A stretch of 64,000 nucleotides of DNA, taken from Mycobacteriales bacterium (lineage in GTDB: Bacteria; Actinomycetota; Actinomycetes; JAFAQI01). The notes under the pieces are model-generated. The model saw only the letters and a program-made list of their open reading frames with translations. It made no database searches and had not been told where the DNA came from. The stretch is taken from contig DATAVK010000062.1 of NCBI GenBank assembly GCA_036267755.1, positions 887 to 64,886 on the forward strand, read 5' to 3'. This document shows, piece after piece, positions 35,667 to 43,015 of the stretch. A program made the position numbers and the translations under genes. The number at the start of each line of letters is the position of its first letter. Position 1 is the stretch's first letter.

Positions 35667-36797
35667 TTATTTGGTCTTGGGCTTGTACATCGACGCAACC
35701 TGACCACCCGGCTGGCGGTTGGCCGGGCGCTTCGGCGGCATTGGCTCCGCGGGGAACCGACGAGGCCCAGACCACAAGCCGGGTACGGCGTCGTGCCGGT
35801 AGGCCAGCGCGTAGGCGACCGCTTCGTAGTTGACCCGCCACCCACGAAAGTGCGGCCACGCTTCTTCGGCGCTGCGCTCGGTCTCGAACCCGACGTCGAG
35901 CAGCCGCTGGACGCCGGCTTGGAACTCTTCGTAGGTCAGCTGCAGGTCGCCGTCCGGGTCGGGGTCGGTCTCCACCACGATCCCCACCGCGCTGCCCATC
36001 TGCTGCAACGCGACGAAACCCATGCGCAGGCACAACCGGGGCTCCAGCCGGTCTCGGCTCGGGCTGAGTGACAGCAGGAGAGCGGCGGAGTCCATCACGG
36101 CCAACAGTCCGACCAGCCATGAGGTGTACGGCTGTGGCGACCGGAAGCGCATCAGCACGGGGTAGTTGGAGTGGCTCTCGGCGAGGTCCGCCGACCAGCG
36201 TTCCCACGCGGAGTAGAACGCGGGCAGGTCGTCCCGGTCGCCGGCGATGCCGTATTTGGTCCGGGCCAACAGCTCCGGCCCCCATGGTGGCGCGCCCGCA
36301 CGCGACCCGAGCAGCGTGACTTCGGTCTCCCGCCGGTTGAACGCGGAGTACAGCGTCGGCAGGTAGCCGATCTGTGCCGCGACGACGGTGAGCCCGAAGG
36401 CGGCCGCGGCGACGTCGAGCGCTGTGGTCTGGTTGCCCACCGGCGCGACGAATCCCAACGTGAACATCGACGAGCCGGCTTCCCGGAACGCGACGCCGAT
36501 GTTGTGGGTAGCCGGCCAGATCAGCAGCGCGAATCCGATCAGGTACGACGCCAGCCACACCGCCAGCTGGACCACCAGGAAGCCGGCCGCCTGCGCGGCG
36601 AGGATGTTGTCACGGTCGGGGTAGGCCTTTACCCGCATCGTGGCGATCCGGAAGCCCATGTCGACGATCCGGTCGACGGTCCGGCCGATCGGGCCGAGCC
36701 GGGCTCTGGGGATGACCAGCTGGCGCAGCACGCTCGACGACGTCGCGACGATCAGAGAGAGACCAACCAGCACGCCGAAGATCCGCACCACGATCAC
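35667..36797 (-). CDS. ion-channel-like integral membrane protein with large cytoplasmic C-terminal domain
   Basis: 376 aa. Hydrophobic helices flank a pore-loop-like AGSSMFTLGFVAPVG segment. The call is tentative and rests only on its resemblance to a K-channel pore helix and filter. Confidence 0.4.
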   Translation of the reverse strand: MIVVRIFGVLVGLSLIVATSSSVLRQLVIPRARLGPIGRTVDRIVDMGFRIATMRVKAYPDRDNILAAQAAGFLVVQLAVWLASYLIGFALLIWPATHNIGVAFREAGSSMFTLGFVAPVGNQTTALDVAAAAFGLTVVAAQIGYLPTLYSAFNRRETEVTLLGSRAGAPPWGPELLARTKYGIAGDRDDLPAFYSAWERWSADLAESHSNYPVLMRFRSPQPYTSWLVGLLAVMDSAALLLSLSPSRDRLEPRLCLRMGFVALQQMGSAVGIVVETDPDPDGDLQLTYEEFQAGVQRLLDVGFETERSAEEAWPHFRGWRVNYEAVAYALAYRHDAVPGLWSGPRRFPAEPMPPKRPANRQPGGQVASMYKPKTK

Positions 36798-36829
36798 GGC
36801 ACCATCCTGCCCGAAGGCAAGATGCAGGA

Positions 36830-38344
36830 GTGCTGCTGCTGGAGGTCGTCACCGTGTCGCGCGCCGTGTCGTCGACTACCCGGCGGCTCGCGAAGGTCGA
36901 GCTCATCGCCGCGGCGTTGCGGGACGCCGGGGCCGACGAGGTCGCCGTCGTGGTGCCGTGGCTCTCCGGCGAGCTGCGGCAACGACGTACCGGGATCGGG
37001 TGGGCGTCGCTCCGTGACCTGCCCGCGCCAGCAGCCGGGTCGACGCTGACCGTTGCGGCGGTCGACCGGCTGCTCGAGCGCGCGGCCAGTGCGGCCGGAG
37101 CCGGGTCGGCCGGTGAACGGCAGCGGATCGTCGCCGAGCTGTTCGGCGCCGCCACCGTCGAGGAGCAGGGCTTCCTGCGGGCACTGGTGTCCGGTGAGCT
37201 GCGGCAAGGGGCGCTCGAGGGAGTCATGGTCGACGCGGTGGCGCGGGCGGCCGGCGTGCCGCTTCCCGCGGTACGGCGGGCCGTCATGCTGCGCGGCGCC
37301 GTTGCCCCGGTCGCCGCTGCTGCCCTCACGGGTGGCGAGGCGGCCCTGGCCGAGTTCCGGCTGCAGGTCGGGCGGCCGGTGCAGCCCATGCTGGCGTCCA
37401 CTGCGGCGTCCGTGCCGGCCGCTCTGGAAGCGCTCGGCGGTGTTCCCGTCGCCGTCGACTGGAAGCTGGACGGCATCCGCGTGCAGGTGCACCGCGACGG
37501 CGACGATGTCGCGGTCTTCACCCGGTCGCTCGACGACATCACCCGCCGGGTGCCCGAGCTGGTCGAGGCCGCGCGCCGGCTCCCCGTGACGACGGCGGTG
37601 CTCGACGGCGAGGCGATCGCGTTGCGGGACGACGGTCGGCCGCGGCCGTTTCAGGAGACCGGTTCCCGGACCGCTACCAGATCAACCGGCTCGCCGGTTC
37701 CGTTGTCCTGGTTCATTTTCGACGCCCTGCATCTCGACGGCGAGGACATCCTCGACCTGCCACTCGCCGAGCGCTACGAGCGGCTCATGTCCGTCGTACC
37801 GGAGGAGCTGTTGGTGCCGAGGGTCATCACCGCATCCGTCGATGCGGCATCCGGCGTGCTCGCCGATACGCTGGCGCGAGGCCATGAGGGCGTGGTCGTG
37901 AAGTCGTTGGAGGCGGCCTACGACGCCGGCCGCCGGGGCGCTGGTTGGCTGAAGGTCAAGCCGGTGCACACGCTCGATCTCGTCGTGCTAGCCGCAGAGT
38001 GGGGCAGCGGCCGCCGGCGGGGCTGGCTGTCCAACCTGCACCTCGGCGCCCGCGATCCTGAGACCGGCGGCTTCGTCATGCTCGGCAAGACCTTCAAGGG
38101 GATGACCGACGAGTTGCTGCGCTGGCAGACCGAGCAGCTGCAACAGATCGAGGTATCGCGTAACGACTGGCAGGTCTTCGTCGAGCCACGGCTGGTCGTC
38201 GAGGTGGCGATCGACGGTGTGCAGGCGTCGACGAGGTACCCGGGCGGGGTGGCGCTGCGGTTCGCGCGGATCGTGCGTTACCGCGACGACAAGTCGGCAG
38301 CCGAGGCGGACACGCTCGAGACGGTGCGCAGCTACCTGCCCTGA
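36830..38344 (+). CDS. ATP-dependent DNA ligase (mycobacterial LigB-type)
   Basis: 504 aa. Adenylation motif VDWKLDGIRVQVH (KxDG), EGVVVKS and WLKVKP motifs, and an N-terminal DNA-binding domain (RLAKVELIAAALRD). Confidence 0.9.
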   Translation: MLLLEVVTVSRAVSSTTRRLAKVELIAAALRDAGADEVAVVVPWLSGELRQRRTGIGWASLRDLPAPAAGSTLTVAAVDRLLERAASAAGAGSAGERQRIVAELFGAATVEEQGFLRALVSGELRQGALEGVMVDAVARAAGVPLPAVRRAVMLRGAVAPVAAAALTGGEAALAEFRLQVGRPVQPMLASTAASVPAALEALGGVPVAVDWKLDGIRVQVHRDGDDVAVFTRSLDDITRRVPELVEAARRLPVTTAVLDGEAIALRDDGRPRPFQETGSRTATRSTGSPVPLSWFIFDALHLDGEDILDLPLAERYERLMSVVPEELLVPRVITASVDAASGVLADTLARGHEGVVVKSLEAAYDAGRRGAGWLKVKPVHTLDLVVLAAEWGSGRRRGWLSNLHLGARDPETGGFVMLGKTFKGMTDELLRWQTEQLQQIEVSRNDWQVFVEPRLVVEVAIDGVQASTRYPGGVALRFARIVRYRDDKSAAEADTLETVRSYLP

Positions 38345-38408
38345 CCCCCCGTCACCCGCCTGTGGATGACGCCAGCACGGGAGCCTCCAGCCGAGCCAGA
38401 CTGCCGCC

Positions 38409-38687
38409 ATGGAGCTGACCGTCTCCCCGGACGACCTACACGCGGCCGCTGTCGCGGTCGACGGGTGCGCCCATCGCCTCGAGTCGGCCCGCGCCGACTT
38501 CGTCTCGGTGTCGGTCGGCGTGATTCCCGATCTCGGTCCCCACGCCGCTGCTACGGCGGAGGGCGCCTCACAGGCGTCGGCCCAGGCGACCGAGGTGGTG
38601 GCCGACGACATCCGACATCTCGCGGCGGCGTTGCGGGTGCTCGCCCAGGTCTACGAACGGCTTGACGCGACCGCCGTACCGCGATGA
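38409..38687 (+). CDS. EspC/DUF2580-like small helical protein, putative type VII secretion partner/targeting factor
   Basis: 92 aa. N-terminus MELTVSPDDLHAAA is like the LTVxPxxL start of EspC-type proteins. C-terminal LAQVYERLDATAVPR contains YxxxD. Its stop overlaps the next start (ATGA at 38684-38687). Confidence 0.6.
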   Translation: MELTVSPDDLHAAAVAVDGCAHRLESARADFVSVSVGVIPDLGPHAAATAEGASQASAQATEVVADDIRHLAAALRVLAQVYERLDATAVPR

Positions 38688-40099
38688 GCGTCGCCCCTCC
38701 TCTCGTCGGCGCGCCGGTGGCACCCGCTCACTTCACGATCCCGAAGATCGCAGGCGATGCGGCAGCCGCCCGACGACTCGCCGCGGGGTACGCCGATCTT
38801 GCCGACTCGGTCGACGCGGCGAGTGCTCAGGTCGGCGCGATCATGGCCGCGTTGACGGCAACGTGGACCGGAGCCGGAAGCGCCGGGTCGATGGCACCGG
38901 TCGAGAAGGTTCGCCACGATTCGGCCGCGCTGTCCCGTGCGTTGCGGGCCGCCAGCGACGACATGTCCCGGTACGCCGCGTCCTTGGCGAAGGCCCATGA
39001 CCATCACGGGTTCTCGTTGCACAAGCTGGTCGCGATCGGTGCGGTCGTGGTCGTGTCCGCGGTCGCGATCACGGTGACCGTCGGCGCCGCCGCCGTCGTG
39101 GAAGCGGGCGCAGCGACGGCTGCCGTCGCCGGTGCGACCGAGGCGGCGGGGGACGCGGTCACGGCCGACCTCGCCGTCGGTGAGGGGCTCGCGGAGGCGA
39201 TGGGCAGCGTCTCGTGGCTGCGACCACTGGCGGCCTTCGTCGTCCCGCATCTGTTGCAGGTCGAGTGGTCAGCCGGGTCCGTCGCTGGCTACGACGAAGC
39301 CACGGCCGGCAGGCTGGACTGGCGCGCGATCGGTGTGGCGAGCGGACTGAGCTTCACCGGCTCGGCGGCGGCTGACGGTGTTGGAGCGCGGGTCGCCACG
39401 ACCGACTGGTACACCGGTGCGTCGCCCGGTGTGCAACATGCCGCCGACGGTCTGGCGCAGGGAACCCTGTGGGCCGGGATCGCCGGGCTCGACGACCGGA
39501 TTGTCGAGGGTCGGGTCGACAGCATCGACATGATCGAGGCGATGCTGCTCACCAGCAGCGGCGTCACCGCCCACGACCTACTGCAGGAACACGGCCTGGT
39601 CTTCCGGCCGAAGACCGACTATCACCGACTTGCGTTGATCGCGGCACTGCGCCAGCCCGGGCGGATCCTCGATCCCGAGATCGCCCGCGAGATGGCGCTG
39701 CTTCGGCAGCCGCTCGACGAGGTGGTCCGCGGTGACGTCGACCTTGCACTGCACGAGGGTCCCGGCCACACGATGAGCCGGCACGTCGGCCTAACGACCC
39801 GGCAGCTGATGACACGGATCCGGCGGGAACGGCTCCCCCGGGCATCGACGTACTGGGATGAGCAGTTAGCTCAGCGAGCCGTCGGTCAGGCGCTTAGAGA
39901 GAACAGCGCAATGATCAGAAAGTGGTTGGCCAGCAACGATCTCCACCACCTTCGGCTTGATTACCTGAGCAACGATGACGTGGGATACACCATGACCAGG
40001 CGAGGGCGCATCAAGCTGACCAGGAGGGTTGTCGTCATCCTCAAGCAGGTCGACGGCGATGTTGTGCTGGTCACGAGCTTCCCGGAGCCGAGCCGATGA
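38684..40099 (+). CDS. putative polymorphic toxin: WXG-type N-terminal domain, hydrophobic segment, unknown central domain, RNase-A-like C-terminal toxin domain
   Basis: 471 aa. WXG in LTATWTGAGSAGS within a helical head. Hydrophobic LVAIGAVVVVSAVAITVTVGAAAVV. C-terminus HEGPGHTMSRHVGLTTRQLMTRI...VVVILKQVDGDVVLVTSFPEP resembles, from memory, the GHTxxRHVG signature of bacterial RNase A-like CdiA-CT domains. G+C drops in the last ~260 nt. Confidence 0.65.
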   Translation: MSVAPPLVGAPVAPAHFTIPKIAGDAAAARRLAAGYADLADSVDAASAQVGAIMAALTATWTGAGSAGSMAPVEKVRHDSAALSRALRAASDDMSRYAASLAKAHDHHGFSLHKLVAIGAVVVVSAVAITVTVGAAAVVEAGAATAAVAGATEAAGDAVTADLAVGEGLAEAMGSVSWLRPLAAFVVPHLLQVEWSAGSVAGYDEATAGRLDWRAIGVASGLSFTGSAAADGVGARVATTDWYTGASPGVQHAADGLAQGTLWAGIAGLDDRIVEGRVDSIDMIEAMLLTSSGVTAHDLLQEHGLVFRPKTDYHRLALIAALRQPGRILDPEIAREMALLRQPLDEVVRGDVDLALHEGPGHTMSRHVGLTTRQLMTRIRRERLPRASTYWDEQLAQRAVGQALRENSAMIRKWLASNDLHHLRLDYLSNDDVGYTMTRRGRIKLTRRVVVILKQVDGDVVLVTSFPEPSR

Positions 40100-40410
40100 C
40101 GTATCCAGTTGAGCTGTGGCCGGTCCTCGCGGCGGCCTTCTCAGGCATGAACGACCCACCCGGCCGACTCCGAGGTCGGGAGGCCTTCACTCACGTGATC
40201 GGCCTCGACTGGAATGCCGGAGGCCGCGCCACCGCCCTCGTTGAGCTGCGCGATTTCTTGGCAAAAGGCGCTGACGAGGAACGCTGCCGATGGCTGATGG
40301 ACGACATGGCGAGCATGTACGACCCGCTCGTGGACTTCCCGACGCACCGCGCCTGCGTCCTCTGGGTCAGAGATCAACTAGAAGCAGGTGCCCGCAGCAG
40401 TACGATCTGA
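40096..40410 (+). CDS. putative cognate immunity protein
   Basis: 104 aa. The ATG overlaps the toxin stop (ATGA at 40096-40099). No signal peptide and no family recognised. The call rests on position and coupling only. Confidence 0.5.
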   Translation: MTYPVELWPVLAAAFSGMNDPPGRLRGREAFTHVIGLDWNAGGRATALVELRDFLAKGADEERCRWLMDDMASMYDPLVDFPTHRACVLWVRDQLEAGARSSTI

Positions 40411-40484
40411 TCTCGCGATTTTGCGAGCGCCGGATGCCCGGACTCTAGCCCGGTTATCCGGCGATGATCTTTGGCCCAGGGTCG

Positions 40485-40547
40485 GCCGATGCCGCGATGG
40501 CCGTTTAAGGCGGCTCTAACGTCGCTAAACGGCCATCGCACATCGGC
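40485..40547. terminator. long imperfect hairpin with 14-bp perfect core arms, between convergent operons
   Basis: GCCGATG-CC-GCGATGGCCGTTTA (40485-40507) pairs with TAAACGGCCATCGC-A-CATCGGC (40526-40547), with an 18-nt loop. Two shorter hairpins lie upstream at 40412-40427 and 40428-40463. Confidence 0.45.
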
Positions 40548-40614
40548 AGCGCACTTCTCGTTGCAGTGAAGCCGGTTCTACGCCATCAACGTTGCACTCA
40601 ACGCGATCAGCGCG

Positions 40615-41520
40615 TTACTTCGAGAGAAGTTCGAACAGTTGGCCCAGCTCATCGCCGGACTGGGTCGGAACGATGTAGCCCTCTTGGTTCTCGATCTGAT
40701 CGATGTTGTCGAGGACATCCTCGGCGGTCGCGATCGTGTCCTTGCCGCCGTACCAACCGGGAGCGAGCCCGACGAATACGCGCGCGTAACGGCCGCCGGC
40801 GGCCGAGAACGTCTCGTGGGTAAAGGTGCATGCCTCAGACGCGAGGAACGTGACCAGTGGCGTCACGGTCTCCGGCTTGAGCAGTTTGGCGAAGTCACCG
40901 AGCAGCTCCTCCGTCATCCGGGTCCCGGCGACCGGACACACCACGTTCGACAGGATGCCGGCCTTGGCACCTTCGATGGCGAGCACGTTGGACAGACCGA
41001 CGAGGCCCATCTTCGCCGCGCCGTAGTTGGCCTGGCCGAAGTTGCCGAAGACACCGGAGTTCGACGAGGTGAAGACGAAGCGGCCGTAGCCGTTCTCCTT
41101 CATCACCTTGAACGCCGGCTGCGACACGTAGAACGCACCCCTGAGGTGTACGTCGATAACCAGGTCGAGGTCTTCCCAGCTCATCTTGGCGAACGACTTG
41201 TCACGCAGGATGCCGGCGTTGTTGATGACGACGTCGACCTTGCCGTAGGTGTCGACCGCCGTCTTGACGATGCTCTCGCCGCCTTCCGGCGAGGAGACCG
41301 AGTCGTAGTTGGGCGTTGCCTCGCCGCCTGCGGCCTTGATCTCGTCCACGACCTTCTGCGCCGCCGCGTCGTCGCCGCCTTCACCGTTCACGGACCCACC
41401 GAGGTCGTTCACGACGACCTGCGCACCGCGGCGCGCCAGCTCGAGGGCGTAGGTACGACCCAGCCCGCCGCCTGCACCGGTGACGATGGCGACCCGGCCG
41501 TCGAAGGTGATCTCAGACAC
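40615..41520 (-). CDS. SDR-family oxidoreductase (MFE-2/HSD17B4-type 3-hydroxyacyl-CoA dehydrogenase-like)
   Basis: 301 aa. VAIVTGAGGGLGRTYALELARRGAQVVVNDLG and NYGAAKMG (YxxxK). Confidence 0.85.
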   Translation of the reverse strand: MSEITFDGRVAIVTGAGGGLGRTYALELARRGAQVVVNDLGGSVNGEGGDDAAAQKVVDEIKAAGGEATPNYDSVSSPEGGESIVKTAVDTYGKVDVVINNAGILRDKSFAKMSWEDLDLVIDVHLRGAFYVSQPAFKVMKENGYGRFVFTSSNSGVFGNFGQANYGAAKMGLVGLSNVLAIEGAKAGILSNVVCPVAGTRMTEELLGDFAKLLKPETVTPLVTFLASEACTFTHETFSAAGGRYARVFVGLAPGWYGGKDTIATAEDVLDNIDQIENQEGYIVPTQSGDELGQLFELLSK

Positions 41521-41633
41521 GCTGCACTCCAGTGCTCATGGTTGATCGGATGGTTGGCTACTCGTCAGTAGGCGTTACCCACATTGTGCCGAAGCCATGT
41601 CCCGCGAGCCGCGCCGGGTGGCAGACTCGCGGC

Positions 41634-42131
41634 ATGCCATCGAGCACCGCGGTCCGCGCCGGCACCTTCGCGAGCTCACTCGCGACCGTTGGAGCCGTAG
41701 CGGCAACCGGCGGCCTCGTCACCTGGCGCCGGCTCGGGTGGTATCGCTCATTGGCCCGGCCGCGCTGGACCGCTCCGGACCTGGCCTTCGGCCCGATCTG
41801 GTCGATCCTGTACGCGGAGCAGGCCGTCGCCGCCTGGCTGGTGTGGCGCTCGGGCGACGACCACGACGCGGTCGACGTACCGGCGCTCACCTCCTACAGC
41901 GTGCAGCTCGGCCTGAACCTGGCCTGGACGCTGCTGTTCTTCGGCGTACGTCGTCCTGCCCTTGCCTTGCTCGATGTCTGTGCCCTGTGGATCGCGATCG
42001 CGGTCACGATCCGGGAGTTCGGCAAGCGCCACAAGCTGGCGGCCGGGTTGCTGCTGCCGTACTTCGCCTGGACGACCTACGCCGCGTTGCTCAACGCCGA
42101 CATCTGGTGGCGCAACCGCAAGAACGCCTGA
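41634..42131 (+). CDS. tspO: tryptophan-rich sensory protein TspO/MBR
   Basis: ORF 41532-42131 trimmed to ATG 41634, giving 165 aa. WYRSLARPRWTAPDLAFGPIWSILY and LLLPYFAWTTYAALLN are typical of TspO. Confidence 0.85.
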   Translation: MPSSTAVRAGTFASSLATVGAVAATGGLVTWRRLGWYRSLARPRWTAPDLAFGPIWSILYAEQAVAAWLVWRSGDDHDAVDVPALTSYSVQLGLNLAWTLLFFGVRRPALALLDVCALWIAIAVTIREFGKRHKLAAGLLLPYFAWTTYAALLNADIWWRNRKNA

Positions 42132-42149
42132 TCGCTACCGGACCCAGCG

Positions 42150-42989
42150 CTACAACACCCAGGGTCCGGCATCTTCGGGCGGCCGGTCGTCGACTCGCGG
42201 CGTGACCGTCCATCGGCGGTTGGCCAGCGAGGGCATCCTGGACCGACAGTGCTCGACCCGGGCCGCCGTGACCTCTGCGGCCACGACGCCCTCGATCTCC
42301 GCCAGCGACGCGAGCGGCGCACCCATCGGGTCGACGATCCGCGAGCATCCCGAGTACGTCGGTGGCGGCTGGCCGGCCGCGGCGACATAGCAGACGTTCT
42401 CAATCGCCCGAGCGGTGGCGAGCGCCGTCCACTGGGTCTCCTTGGCAGGCCCGTTGACCCAAGCAGAGGGCACCGCCAGCACCGTCGCGCCGGCGTCGAT
42501 CAGGGCACGACTCAGCTCGGGGAAACGCAGGTCGTAACAGGTCATGACGCCGACCTGCAGGTCGCCCAACGGCACCAGCAGCAGCTCGTTGACGTCGCCC
42601 GCGACCAGCCGGTCGGACTCCAGCCAGCCGAGCGCGTCGTAGAGATGCTGTTTGCGATAGCGCCCGACCAGGTCGCCGGCCGGGCCGAGAGCAACGACCG
42701 TGTTGTAGGCCCGGGACCCGTCCCCCTCAACCGGCTCGAACATCCCCGCGACCACGCTCACCTGGTGCTGGCGGGCCAAGCCAGACAGCGCCGTCACGAA
42801 CGGTCCATCCAGCGGCTCGGCCACCGGCGCCAGCGGCAGATCGGGCGGTCCAAAGTCGTGCATCGCGGCTTCGGGGCAGATCACCAGCTCGGCGCCCAGC
42901 CGAGCCGCATCCGCTACCGCTTCCCGGATCTTGTCCAGGTTGGCGGCTTTGTCGTCGCCGGACCGGAGTTGAGCCACTGCGATGCGCAT
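42150..42989 (-). CDS. carbon-nitrogen hydrolase (nitrilase superfamily, omega-amidase-like)
   Basis: ORF 42150-43001 trimmed to ATG 42989 (MRIAVAQL). Catalytic triad context: ICPEAAM (E), YRKQHLY (K), MTCYDLRFPE (C). Confidence 0.85.
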   Translation of the reverse strand: MRIAVAQLRSGDDKAANLDKIREAVADAARLGAELVICPEAAMHDFGPPDLPLAPVAEPLDGPFVTALSGLARQHQVSVVAGMFEPVEGDGSRAYNTVVALGPAGDLVGRYRKQHLYDALGWLESDRLVAGDVNELLLVPLGDLQVGVMTCYDLRFPELSRALIDAGATVLAVPSAWVNGPAKETQWTALATARAIENVCYVAAAGQPPPTYSGCSRIVDPMGAPLASLAEIEGVVAAEVTAARVEHCRSRMPSLANRRWTVTPRVDDRPPEDAGPWVL

Positions 42990-43015
42990 GTCCTCATCCA
43001 ACTACGCTGCCGGGC

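Noticed and set aside
40566-40823. 85-aa + ORF starting in the hairpin-rich spacer, considered as an orphan immunity gene or toxin fragment
   Set aside because: About 80% of it runs antisense inside the well-supported SDR gene (40615-41520). The product is Arg-rich with no features.
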